A stretch of DNA of 60,237 nt from Thermoanaerobaculia bacterium (GTDB lineage Bacteria > Acidobacteriota > Thermoanaerobaculia > Gp7-AA8), in the NCBI GenBank assembly GCA_051305935.1, contig JBPPMG010000108.1, positions 1 to 60,237 on the forward strand, read 5' to 3'. The position numbers were made by a program, and so were the translations under genes. The notes below the pieces were generated by a model. The model saw nothing but the letters and a program-made list of their open reading frames with translations, was not told where the DNA came from and did no database searches. Shown piece by piece: positions 23,380-31,832 of the stretch (position 1 is the first letter of the stretch; each line of letters opens with the position of its first letter).

Positions 23380-24408
23380 ATGAGATATCTCGTCACGGGC
23401 GGAGCCGGTTTCATCGGCTCGAACTTCATCCGATACATCTTCAACAAGTACGGCGCCGACGCTCAGGTCGTCAACCTGGACAAGCTGACCTATGCCGGGA
23501 TTCGCGAGAACCTGGCCGAGTTCGAGGGGCGTCCGAACTACCGCTTTCTGCAGGGCGACATCGCGGAGCCTGCCGACGTCGCGAAGGCGTACGAAGGCAT
23601 CGACGGCGCGGGAATCGACGTCGTGGTCAACTTCGCGGCCGAGACGCACGTCGACCGATCCCTGATGGAAGCCGGCAGTTTCATCCGGACCGACGTCCAC
23701 GGCGTTCTCGTCCTTCTCGAGGAAGCGCGCAAGCACGCGCTTCGCCTGAAGAAGTTCATCCAGATCTCGACTGACGAGGTCTACGGTTCGATCGAGTCGG
23801 GTTCTTTTCACGAAACCGATCCGCTCAGCCCGCGGAACCCGTACTCCGCGTCGAAGGCCGGCGGTGACCGGATGGCGTACGCGTACTCGGAGACCTACGG
23901 GCTTCCGGTCGTCGTCACCCGCGCCTCGAACAACTACGGTCCGTTCCAGTACCCCGAGAAGCTGATACCGCTCTTCGTGACCAACGCGATCGACGATCAG
24001 CCGCTGCCGCTCTACGGCGACGGAAAGAACGTGCGCGACTGGCTCTACGTCGAGGACCACTGCGCCGCGGTCGATTTCCTGATCGAGCACGGGCAGAAGG
24101 GCGAGATCTACAACATCGGCGGCGGCAACGAGATCGAAAACGTCGAGATCACCCACCGGATCCTCGAGCTCACGGGCAAGCCGAAGAGCCTGATCAAGCC
24201 GGTCGCCGACCGCCAGGGACACGACCGCCGCTACTCGCTCGACACGACGAAACTCGAGAAGCTCGGGTTCCGCACGAACGCGACGTTCGACGAAGCGATC
24301 GTCCGAACCGTCGACTGGTACAAGTCGAACGAGGCCTGGTGGCGCGCGATCAAGGAAAAGAGCGCCGAGTTCAAGCGCTACTACGAGCAGCAGTACGGCA
24401 AGCGTTAG
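23380..24408 (+). CDS. rfbB: dTDP-glucose 4,6-dehydratase
   Basis: MRYLVTGGAGFIGSNF...SASKAGGD...DGKNVRDWLYVEDH... is a classic RmlB pattern. Confidence 0.93.
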   Translation: MRYLVTGGAGFIGSNFIRYIFNKYGADAQVVNLDKLTYAGIRENLAEFEGRPNYRFLQGDIAEPADVAKAYEGIDGAGIDVVVNFAAETHVDRSLMEAGSFIRTDVHGVLVLLEEARKHALRLKKFIQISTDEVYGSIESGSFHETDPLSPRNPYSASKAGGDRMAYAYSETYGLPVVVTRASNNYGPFQYPEKLIPLFVTNAIDDQPLPLYGDGKNVRDWLYVEDHCAAVDFLIEHGQKGEIYNIGGGNEIENVEITHRILELTGKPKSLIKPVADRQGHDRRYSLDTTKLEKLGFRTNATFDEAIVRTVDWYKSNEAWWRAIKEKSAEFKRYYEQQYGKR

Positions 24409-24424
24409 GCCGCAGGCAATTCGT

Positions 24425-24448
24425 GGCGGCACATTTCGATGTGCCGCC
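24425..24448. terminator. 10-bp perfect hairpin between convergent rfbB and the DUF4112 gene
   Basis: GGCGGCACAT-TTCG-ATGTGCCGCC. There is no clear T-tract on either side. Confidence 0.45.
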
Positions 24449-24501
24449 CCCTCGATCCCGTCGAGATGGAGACCGGACATCGGAATGTCCAGTCGAAGCG
24501 A

Positions 24502-25023
24502 TCATCCGACCGCGCCAAACAGGTAGGTGGCAGCCTGCCATATGATCCAGGCGACGCCGACGACCGCGGCGAGGCCGGTGCCCATCACGATCGCGACGAG
24601 CCCCGCGACAACGAATCCGATCTCCGCGTAACTCCGTGGGGGGCGCGTCGCGTCGCGGTGCTCGAGCAGGATCTTCACGTTCCCGACGTTCTGTTTGAAC
24701 AACGCGTCGAAGATGTCGCCGACCACGGGAATCGCTCCGACCACGAGGTCGACGAGCACGTTCGCCAGCATCAGTCCGACCTTCCGTTTCGGGACGCGGT
24801 GCCGGACGGCGCCTGCCAGAATCCAGGCCGACATCGCTGCTGCGGCGAGATCTCCGACCCACGGAACGAGGCCCAGGGCCGCGTCGAGCCCGACGCGCTG
24901 GCGGGTTCCCGGGATTGCGACCGCCTCGTCCAGGAGAGTCGCGACACGGCGCAACGCCTCGAGGTCGGGCGTCAAGGGCCGCTCGGGAGCGAGAACCTCT
25001 GGGATAATGACCTTGTCAGCCAC
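24502..25023 (-). CDS. DUF4112-family membrane protein
   Basis: The C-terminal 173 aa of track ORF 24502-26535: ...GLDAALGLVPWVGDLAAAAMSAWIL...VVGAIPVVGDIFDALFKQN... GTG start at 25023. The rest of that ORF is antisense to the YihY gene. Confidence 0.65.
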   Translation of the reverse strand: MADKVIIPEVLAPERPLTPDLEALRRVATLLDEAVAIPGTRQRVGLDAALGLVPWVGDLAAAAMSAWILAGAVRHRVPKRKVGLMLANVLVDLVVGAIPVVGDIFDALFKQNVGNVKILLEHRDATRPPRSYAEIGFVVAGLVAIVMGTGLAAVVGVAWIIWQAATYLFGAVG

Positions 25024-25068
25024 GTGCGAGTAGATTATGCATGCAGAAGCAGGAGTTCCGGGATCGCG

Positions 25069-26469
25069 ATGACCACGAGCGAGGATAAGCAGCCCGAGGC
25101 GGAGGATTCGAACCGATTCGAGGCCGTTGGCAACGGCTCTCCACGGCCGGACCCCTGCCTTGCTGTGGAAGCCCGGCCGAAGGGGGACTTCGCGATGGCG
25201 CTCCTCTTCGTTCGAGAAGTCGGTCGCGGCTTCCTGCGCACCGGGGCGACAGGCCGCGCGGCGGCGCTCGCCTACACGACACTGTTGTCGCTCATTCCGC
25301 TGACGGTGGCGCTCTGGAGCGTCGGGCGCGTTTTTTTTGTGCGAGAGTTCCCTAACATGCAGGCGCACCTCGACACGGTGCTCAATGTCGTGGTGCCGTA
25401 TCAGTCGTCGCAGATCACGGCACAACTGGTCCGGGCGACGGAGAACGCCTCGGCGCTGCCGACGGTCGGCCTGGTGGTCTTCATCCTCATCGCCTTCAAG
25501 CTCTTCGGCACGGTCGAGACGATCGTGAACATGAGCTGGCGCATCGAAAAAGCGCGGACGATTCGCCAGAAGTTTCGCGCCTTCACGATGCTGTTCTTCT
25601 GGGGCCCGCTGGTGATCGGTCTCTCGTTCGCAGCGACCTCGCTCTTCGAGCGCAGCCCGAGGATAGGGCCGTTCTTCCAGCAGGACCTCGTGCAGTGGGC
25701 GCTGCCGCTCCTCGTGTTTTTTCTCGCGTTCACGATGCTCTTCTGGCTCGTGCCCGCGACGCGTGTGCGGATTCGCTCCGCCGCGATCGGCGCCGCGGTG
25801 ACCACCGCGGCGTTCGAGTTCGTCAGGTTCGCTCTCGCCATCTACGTGGCCTGGCTCTATCGCGGGACGTTCGATCTGGTCTACGGCACGATCGGCCTCA
25901 TCGTGATGTTTCTCATCGCGCTCGAACTGACGTGGCTCGTGATCCTCCTCGGGGTGGAAGTGAGCTACGTTCACCAGAATCTCGACGAGATCGCACGCGC
26001 TGCGGAGATCGGCGCGGACCACGCGCCGTCGTTCGACCTCTACTTCGGGCTTCTCGCGCTCGTGGAGGTCTGCCTCGCGCATGGCAGGCGGGAGCAGGCA
26101 CCACGCACGGCCGAACTCTCGAGGCACGTGTCGGCGCCGCCCGACCAGACCCTCGAACTGCTCGAGCGACTGGAACGGAAACGGTTCGTCGCGCGTTCCG
26201 GCGGCGACGACGAGCGCTGGGTGCCGGCATGCGATCCCGATTCCGTGGCGATTCACGAGGTCGTCGAAGCGCTCGAGGAGGGAGGCCGTCGCCGTGTTCC
26301 TCGCGCGCTCCCTCGGCCCGACTGTGCCGGCGAACGCGCGGTGGCCTCGCTTCTCGCCACGCTCGACGCAGGGCTCGTCGCCGCCGCGGGCGAGAGAACG
26401 CTCGGACAGCTCGTGGACGAAGTGACGGCGAAGCCTCCGGCTGACGGAATCATCGCAAACGAGCAGTGA
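25069..26469 (+). CDS. YihY/BrkB-family inner-membrane protein with an extra ~170-aa C-terminal winged-helix-like domain
   Basis: MTTSEDK... I chose the ATG at 25069. ...AAALAYTTLLSLIPL... plus six hydrophobic segments. The C-terminal ...APRTAELSRHVSAPPDQTLELLERLERKRFV... looks wHTH-like. Confidence 0.8.
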   Translation: MTTSEDKQPEAEDSNRFEAVGNGSPRPDPCLAVEARPKGDFAMALLFVREVGRGFLRTGATGRAAALAYTTLLSLIPLTVALWSVGRVFFVREFPNMQAHLDTVLNVVVPYQSSQITAQLVRATENASALPTVGLVVFILIAFKLFGTVETIVNMSWRIEKARTIRQKFRAFTMLFFWGPLVIGLSFAATSLFERSPRIGPFFQQDLVQWALPLLVFFLAFTMLFWLVPATRVRIRSAAIGAAVTTAAFEFVRFALAIYVAWLYRGTFDLVYGTIGLIVMFLIALELTWLVILLGVEVSYVHQNLDEIARAAEIGADHAPSFDLYFGLLALVEVCLAHGRREQAPRTAELSRHVSAPPDQTLELLERLERKRFVARSGGDDERWVPACDPDSVAIHEVVEALEEGGRRRVPRALPRPDCAGERAVASLLATLDAGLVAAAGERTLGQLVDEVTAKPPADGIIANEQ

Positions 26470-26548
26470 TTCGACCGTCGCCTCAGCGGAGCTGAGGCTC
26501 CAGGAAAGATCGCGCGCCCGAGCGGAAGGAGTCACGAAGAGGGCCGGC

Positions 26549-28351
26549 TCAGAATCCGCCGGACATGTACTTCCACTGCACGATCTTGTCGTTGATCTCG
26601 CGTAGTCTGCGGCTGATCATCCGGCAAAGAAGGTTGAGGAACTGCAGCGACGCGTGGGGATCCATCGAGAGGATCTCGTTGAGCGTCGCACGATCGATCG
26701 AGAGCACGGTCGCATCAGACTCGTGTGCCTTCGCGTCGGCAGAACGCGGGTGATCGTCGATGAGCGCCATCTCGCCGAAGAAGTCTCCGCGATCGAGCAC
26801 CGCCAGCGCCTCTTCACCCACTCCCGGGATGAACTTCGAGATGCGGACGCGCCCGTTGAGAACGATGTAGAGCTTGTCGCCCCGGTCGCCCTCACGGAAG
26901 ATCGTCGATCCGCCGCGGAAGCGCTCCTCGGCCGAGAAGGTCGCGAGCAGCTTCATTTCCGCCGCCGAGAGGCCGCGCTCGCGGAAGAGGTCGACCTTCT
27001 CTTCGGATCGGACCTCGACCTTTTCGCTCTCGCGAACGGCTTCCGCCTTCTTGCGACCGGAGCCCTTCTTCGCATCTTCCTGGAAGAAGCTCTTGAGCTG
27101 TTCGTTCGCGTCGCGAACCTTTTCGGTAAGCGAGCGCCAGAACGCCCAGTGGAGCCCGACGGCGAGCTCCTTGTCGGTTTCCATCGCCTGGTCGATCGCG
27201 CTGAAGGAGAAGGTGTAGCACTCGGTGGTGTCGATCGCCATCGCGTCGGAGGAGCGCACGCTCCGATCGATGAAATTCATCTCTCCGACGATCTGGTCGG
27301 GGAGGATCGTCGCCAGGATCTGCGGCCCGAACGGCGTGTCCTTCCGGATCTCGATGGCCCCGCCGCGCACGACGTAGAAGTCCATCGAGCGGTCGTTCTC
27401 GCGGAAAAGCGCCTCGCCTTGCGGAAGCTTCTCGACTCTCACGAACTTCGAAAGCCTGAAGATCTGCTCGTCCTTCATGTGCAGGAAGACGGAGAGTCGT
27501 CGCAGCTCGGAGGAGAGATGGATGAGGTTCTCTCTCTTCTCGGCGTCGCGGTGGATCTTCTCGTTGATCCGCTTGATCTCCTTGCGGCTCTCGAGTTTGA
27601 AGACGTTTTCCTTCTTGAGCTCCAGCCGCTCGGTGGCGAGCTGGAGGTTCTCGACGCGGCGCTTGATCACGGCATTCAGCGCCTTGCTGTCGAGGTTGAG
27701 GATCTTTTTGAGGGTGTTGATCATCCGCCGGATCGGCTCGCTCTCCTCGCCCTTCTGGTCGGTCGAGAGGAGGAACGCGTCGACGAAGTCGCCAAGCGAG
27801 CCTTCGAAGTTCTTGAGCTCGAACTCGATGCGCCCGCTGAGCTCGGCCAGCTCGCGGCCGAACGGGTTGAGCCGCCGCGCGGTGCGGATCTCTTCGAGGG
27901 CGGGGTCCCACTCGGCCTGCGAGAAGTAGAGCCGCGCGAGGATCTCGAACGGGCGATAGCTGTTGGGGGTCTTGAGCTTTGCGATCTCGAGCAGCTCGAT
28001 CGCCTTGGCGGTCTGGTCCTTCGCGATGTAGTACTGGGCGAGGCCCGAGTACTGCGAGGCGTCGGCCTCGTCGCGAGAGCGCTCGGCCGTGACTTCCCTG
28101 CGGGCAGTCTCGAGCCGGGCAGACTCGGCTGCCGTTTTCAGGTCGGAAGCGCGGGCGAGGTTGATCTTGATCGAGATGGAGCCGGGCGTGAGTTTCGACG
28201 CCATCTCGAAGAGGTGAATCGCCTCGTCGTACATCCCCTGGTCGGTGTAGCGCTGCGCGAGTGTCGCGAGCTGCTCTGCATCGATGGGGGTCGAGGGTTC
28301 TGTCTTCAGATCTGCGAAGCGAGCGCGCGAGCCTTGCGGACGATCCTGCAT
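26549..28351 (-). CDS. TPR + coiled-coil + two cyclic-nucleotide-binding (CAP-effector) domains protein
   Basis: I chose the start MQDRPQG at 28351. Two cNMP-type segments: ...GEALFRENDRSMDFYVVRGGAIEI...IVGEMNFID... and ...GSTIFREGDRGDKLYIVLNGRVRI...FFGEMALID... Confidence 0.85.
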   Translation of the reverse strand: MQDRPQGSRARFADLKTEPSTPIDAEQLATLAQRYTDQGMYDEAIHLFEMASKLTPGSISIKINLARASDLKTAAESARLETARREVTAERSRDEADASQYSGLAQYYIAKDQTAKAIELLEIAKLKTPNSYRPFEILARLYFSQAEWDPALEEIRTARRLNPFGRELAELSGRIEFELKNFEGSLGDFVDAFLLSTDQKGEESEPIRRMINTLKKILNLDSKALNAVIKRRVENLQLATERLELKKENVFKLESRKEIKRINEKIHRDAEKRENLIHLSSELRRLSVFLHMKDEQIFRLSKFVRVEKLPQGEALFRENDRSMDFYVVRGGAIEIRKDTPFGPQILATILPDQIVGEMNFIDRSVRSSDAMAIDTTECYTFSFSAIDQAMETDKELAVGLHWAFWRSLTEKVRDANEQLKSFFQEDAKKGSGRKKAEAVRESEKVEVRSEEKVDLFRERGLSAAEMKLLATFSAEERFRGGSTIFREGDRGDKLYIVLNGRVRISKFIPGVGEEALAVLDRGDFFGEMALIDDHPRSADAKAHESDATVLSIDRATLNEILSMDPHASLQFLNLLCRMISRRLREINDKIVQWKYMSGGF

Positions 28352-28411
28352 CGGAATGGCTATTATAGTACCAGCGCCTCCGGCCGATTCGGTGTGAGGC
28401 AGGCGAGCCGA

Positions 28412-29548
28412 ATGCGCATCCGATCCCTGTTGCTTTCCGCCGCCATTACGACCTTCGTCGTGTCCGGGGCGCTCGCCGAGGAGCCTCCGTCGGCGGGCTT
28501 TCGGCTCGCAGCGCCGGGGTGGGTCTTCGAATTTCCGCGGGATCATGGCGCGCACGACGAATTCCGTACCGAGTGGTGGTACTTCACCGGGCATCTGCGC
28601 TCCGGCTCCGGCCGCAGATACGGTTTCGAGGTGACGTTCTTTCGCGTTGGCGCCGGCGAGACACCTGTTACTCCCGGTGAGGGCGCTACGACATGGGATC
28701 TGCGAAACATCTCGCTCGCTCATTTCGCAGTGACCGACGTCGAGTCTCGCGAGTTTCGCTACTACGAGAAACTGAACCGCTCGACACAGTTTCTCGCGGA
28801 CGCGAGACCGGGCCTGCTCCACGTCTTCAACGAAGGCTGGTCGGTGACGACGGGCGCGGATGGATCGTGGCGGCTCGTCGCGCGCGAGGGAACCGACGCG
28901 ATCGACGTGACTCTCCGCGCGCAGAAGGCCCCTGCGATCCACGGCCGCGACGGCATCAGTGTCAAGGCGACCGGGGTGGGACACGCTTCGCATTACTACT
29001 CGATGACGCGCCTCGCCGCCGAGGGAACGATCTCGACGAAAGGACGCCGCGAGGCGGTCGGCGGGCAGGCGTGGATGGACCACGAGTTCGGGAGCGCGAT
29101 GCTTCGCGAGCACCAGGCTGGCTGGGACTGGTTCTCCCTGCAGTTCGACAACACGACCGAGTTGATGCTCTACGTCATCCGCAAGCGCGACGGCGCGCCC
29201 GACGAGACGTCATCGGGATCGATCATCCTTGCCGACGGCCAGGTCATCCACCTCGAGCGCGACGATTTTTCCGCAAAGGCGCTGGGACGGTGGAAGAGCC
29301 CGAAGAGCGGCGCGACGTACCCGATGGGCTGGCGCATCCGGGTCCCGAAGTTCGGCATCGAGCTCGAGCTTCGTGAGCTGCTGAAGTCGCAGGAGCTCGT
29401 CACCTCGAAATCGACGCAGGTGACCTACTGGGAAGGCGCCGTCGACGTGACGGGACGGTCCGGAGGAACTCTCGTCCGCGGCGAGGGCTACGTCGAGATG
29501 ACCGGCTACGACCGACCGTTCAGCGACCCAGCAGCTGGATCGCGTTGA
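28412..29548 (+). CDS. Secreted CrtC/AttH-like (hydroxyneurosporene-synthase / lipocalin-like) protein
   Basis: MRIRSLLLSAAITTFVVSGALA signal peptide. ...FPRDHGAHDEFRTEWWYFTGHL...AWMDHEFGS...WDWFSLQ... is the family pattern. Confidence 0.75.
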   Translation: MRIRSLLLSAAITTFVVSGALAEEPPSAGFRLAAPGWVFEFPRDHGAHDEFRTEWWYFTGHLRSGSGRRYGFEVTFFRVGAGETPVTPGEGATTWDLRNISLAHFAVTDVESREFRYYEKLNRSTQFLADARPGLLHVFNEGWSVTTGADGSWRLVAREGTDAIDVTLRAQKAPAIHGRDGISVKATGVGHASHYYSMTRLAAEGTISTKGRREAVGGQAWMDHEFGSAMLREHQAGWDWFSLQFDNTTELMLYVIRKRDGAPDETSSGSIILADGQVIHLERDDFSAKALGRWKSPKSGATYPMGWRIRVPKFGIELELRELLKSQELVTSKSTQVTYWEGAVDVTGRSGGTLVRGEGYVEMTGYDRPFSDPAAGSR

Positions 29549-31757
29549 TCAGACGGCTGCCCGCGGAACGACCCTTGGGAACGAGTGCCGCGATCGTCGT
29601 CTGGAGCGAGTCGCGGTCGTCGCGAGAGAGGTCTTTCGACGTCATCACGAGGATCGGGATCGCCTCGGTGGCGGGATCCTGCTTGAGCCGCTCGGCGACT
29701 TCGAATCCAGACATCCCCGGCATCACGAGATCGAGCACGACGACATCGGGAACGTCGTTTCGAATCGCTTCCAGCCCTTCCTCCCCGGACGAGGCCCAGC
29801 GAACTTCATACCCGAGCTCGCGGAGCTCCTCCTCGAGGATCTCGCGAAAGGCCGCGTCGTCGTCGATCACGAGAAGCCGCGGCTTTCCGCGCCTGGCCAC
29901 CGATGTGCTGACCTGACGGATCCGGTCGACCAGCCGTCGCCGGTCCACCGGCTTCACGAAGTAGTCGTGCGCGCCGAGCGCGAAGCCGAGCTCGCGATTG
30001 TCGATCATCGAGATCACGACGACCGGGATGTCCTTCGTGACGTCATCCGCCTTCAGCCGCTTGAGCACTTCCCATCCGTCGACGCCGGGAAGGACCAGGT
30101 CGAGCGTGATCGCGACCGGCTTGACGAGCCGGGCGAGCCGCAGGGCCTCGTCTCCGTGACGTGCCCTAACGGGAACGTACGATGCCGATTCGAGGTGGCG
30201 GGCGAGCGAGCTGTACGCCACGGAGTCGTCCTCGATGACCAGCACCCGCTCGCCCGTGGCGTCGCTCGGAATGTACGGCGCATCCTCGGGGTGCTCGTCG
30301 ACCGGTTCGGAACCGGGGTAGCGAACCGGAAGCGTCACGGTGAAGGTCGCTCCTCGTCCGGTGTCACTCTCGAGTGCGATCGTGCCGCCAAGCAGCTCGC
30401 AGAATCGCTTGACGAGCGCGAGCCCCAGGCCCGTTCCACCGAACTCTTTGCGCGAGCCGGAATCGAGCTGCCGGAACTCCTGAAAGACCGCTTCGTGATT
30501 TTCGGGTGCGATGCCGATGCCGGTGTCGATCACCGCGATGCTCACCGTCTGCACGTCGTTGGAGCTCGTCGGCTGCACGAGGCGAATGCGGACGGTCACC
30601 GTGGCGTGCGAAGGAGAGAACTTCACCGCGTTCGAGACCAGGTTGTAGAGGATCTGCTTGAACTTCGCGAGGTCGGTCTCGATCGGCGGCAGTCCGTCGG
30701 GCGCGTCGAGCACGATGGTGATCTCGCTCTTTTCGGCCTGCCCGCGCATCACGTTGCACACGCCATCGGCCGCCGCGGGGAGCGCGAACTGCTCCGGATA
30801 GACCTCCATCCTGCCCGCCTCGACCTTCGAGAGATCGAGGACGTCGTTGATGATGCCGAGCAGGTGCTGGCCCGAAGCGAGGATGTGCTGGATGAAGTTC
30901 TGGTACTTGGGCTCGATTCGTGACTCGAGCCGTTCCGCGAGAATCTCGGAGAAGCCGATGATCGCGTTCATCGGCGTGCGGAGCTCGTGGCTCATGTTCG
31001 CCAGGAACTGGCTCTTGAGCTGGTCGGCCTCGCGGATCTTCCTGTTCGCTTCGACCAGCTCGCGCGACTTGATGTTGAGCTCGTCGGTGAGTCGTGTCAG
31101 CTCCTCGACGCGCCGGCGATCTTCCTCGCGCAACTGGCGGATCTGCAGCCGCTTTTCCCGCAGGATCGAGATCCCGCGGAAGAAGAAGATCGACGCGAAG
31201 TAGAGGAAGCCGATATGGAAGAGCGCCTTCATGAAGCCGGGGTCGAAAGGGCGCGCCGAGCCGCTGAGCACGACCGCGCCGATGTAACCCGCCGCGTTCA
31301 CGGTCGCGATGATGTACGCCGAGGCGCGTCCACCGAGGAAGGCGGCCGCCGCGGTGTTCGCCAGGTAGAAGAGAAACCAGGGACTCTCGGCGCCGCCTGA
31401 GATGTAGACACCCCAGGTGACGAGGAACGCGTCGATCCACAAGCTGACCCAGCCAAGCTCGGTTCCTGCGACCTGGCCGAGACCGCGCTCGTAGAGAAAC
31501 CAGATGACCAGCGCCGACACGATGCCGGTCGCCATCAGCATCAGACCGGCGGCAACGCTCGCCTTCATGACTCCGGCGAGAATCGCTCCGTAGCCGATGA
31601 GGAACGACGACGCGTAGACGAGCACACGGCTCTTCTGCATCGCGACGTGAAATCGCAGCAGACCTTCCGTGTCTGACGACGGATTCGTCACCGAAGGGTG
31701 GAGCACGCTTCTCTCATCCTCACGAGTTTCGTGATTATACGTTCGGCGGAGAAACAC
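29520..31757 (-). CDS. Hybrid sensor histidine kinase (multi-TM N-terminus, HisKA/HATPase, two receiver domains)
   Basis: H-box ...FLANMSHELRTPMNAI..., G-boxes ...DTGIGI...GGTGLGL..., then two receivers (...VLVIEDD...DLVLPG...; ...LLVIDDD...DLVMPG...). An alternative start is the ATG at 31640. Confidence 0.9.
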   Translation of the reverse strand: MFLRRTYNHETREDERSVLHPSVTNPSSDTEGLLRFHVAMQKSRVLVYASSFLIGYGAILAGVMKASVAAGLMLMATGIVSALVIWFLYERGLGQVAGTELGWVSLWIDAFLVTWGVYISGGAESPWFLFYLANTAAAAFLGGRASAYIIATVNAAGYIGAVVLSGSARPFDPGFMKALFHIGFLYFASIFFFRGISILREKRLQIRQLREEDRRRVEELTRLTDELNIKSRELVEANRKIREADQLKSQFLANMSHELRTPMNAIIGFSEILAERLESRIEPKYQNFIQHILASGQHLLGIINDVLDLSKVEAGRMEVYPEQFALPAAADGVCNVMRGQAEKSEITIVLDAPDGLPPIETDLAKFKQILYNLVSNAVKFSPSHATVTVRIRLVQPTSSNDVQTVSIAVIDTGIGIAPENHEAVFQEFRQLDSGSRKEFGGTGLGLALVKRFCELLGGTIALESDTGRGATFTVTLPVRYPGSEPVDEHPEDAPYIPSDATGERVLVIEDDSVAYSSLARHLESASYVPVRARHGDEALRLARLVKPVAITLDLVLPGVDGWEVLKRLKADDVTKDIPVVVISMIDNRELGFALGAHDYFVKPVDRRRLVDRIRQVSTSVARRGKPRLLVIDDDAAFREILEEELRELGYEVRWASSGEEGLEAIRNDVPDVVVLDLVMPGMSGFEVAERLKQDPATEAIPILVMTSKDLSRDDRDSLQTTIAALVPKGRSAGSRLINAIQLLGR

Positions 31758-31832
31758 AAACGTCCGTGTTTCATGGGACAGTCGGCAACTGCGGTCGTGG
31801 GGATGGAGCTCGTTCCGGCCTGAGCGATCGAC

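Noticed and set aside
25024-26535. The upstream ~500 aa of the 677-aa - strand ORF 24502-26535, and the N-terminal 210 aa of + strand ORF 24439-26469.
   Set aside because: Each is antisense to the other strand's credible gene (YihY-family on +, DUF4112 on -). Only the membrane-protein-like portions have sensible hydrophobic periodicity.
26654-28411. The N-terminal ~585 aa of the 964-aa + strand ORF 26654-29548.
   Set aside because: This part is antisense to the well-supported TPR/cNMP protein gene. Only the segment from the ATG at 28412 (signal peptide plus CrtC/AttH-like domain) looks real.
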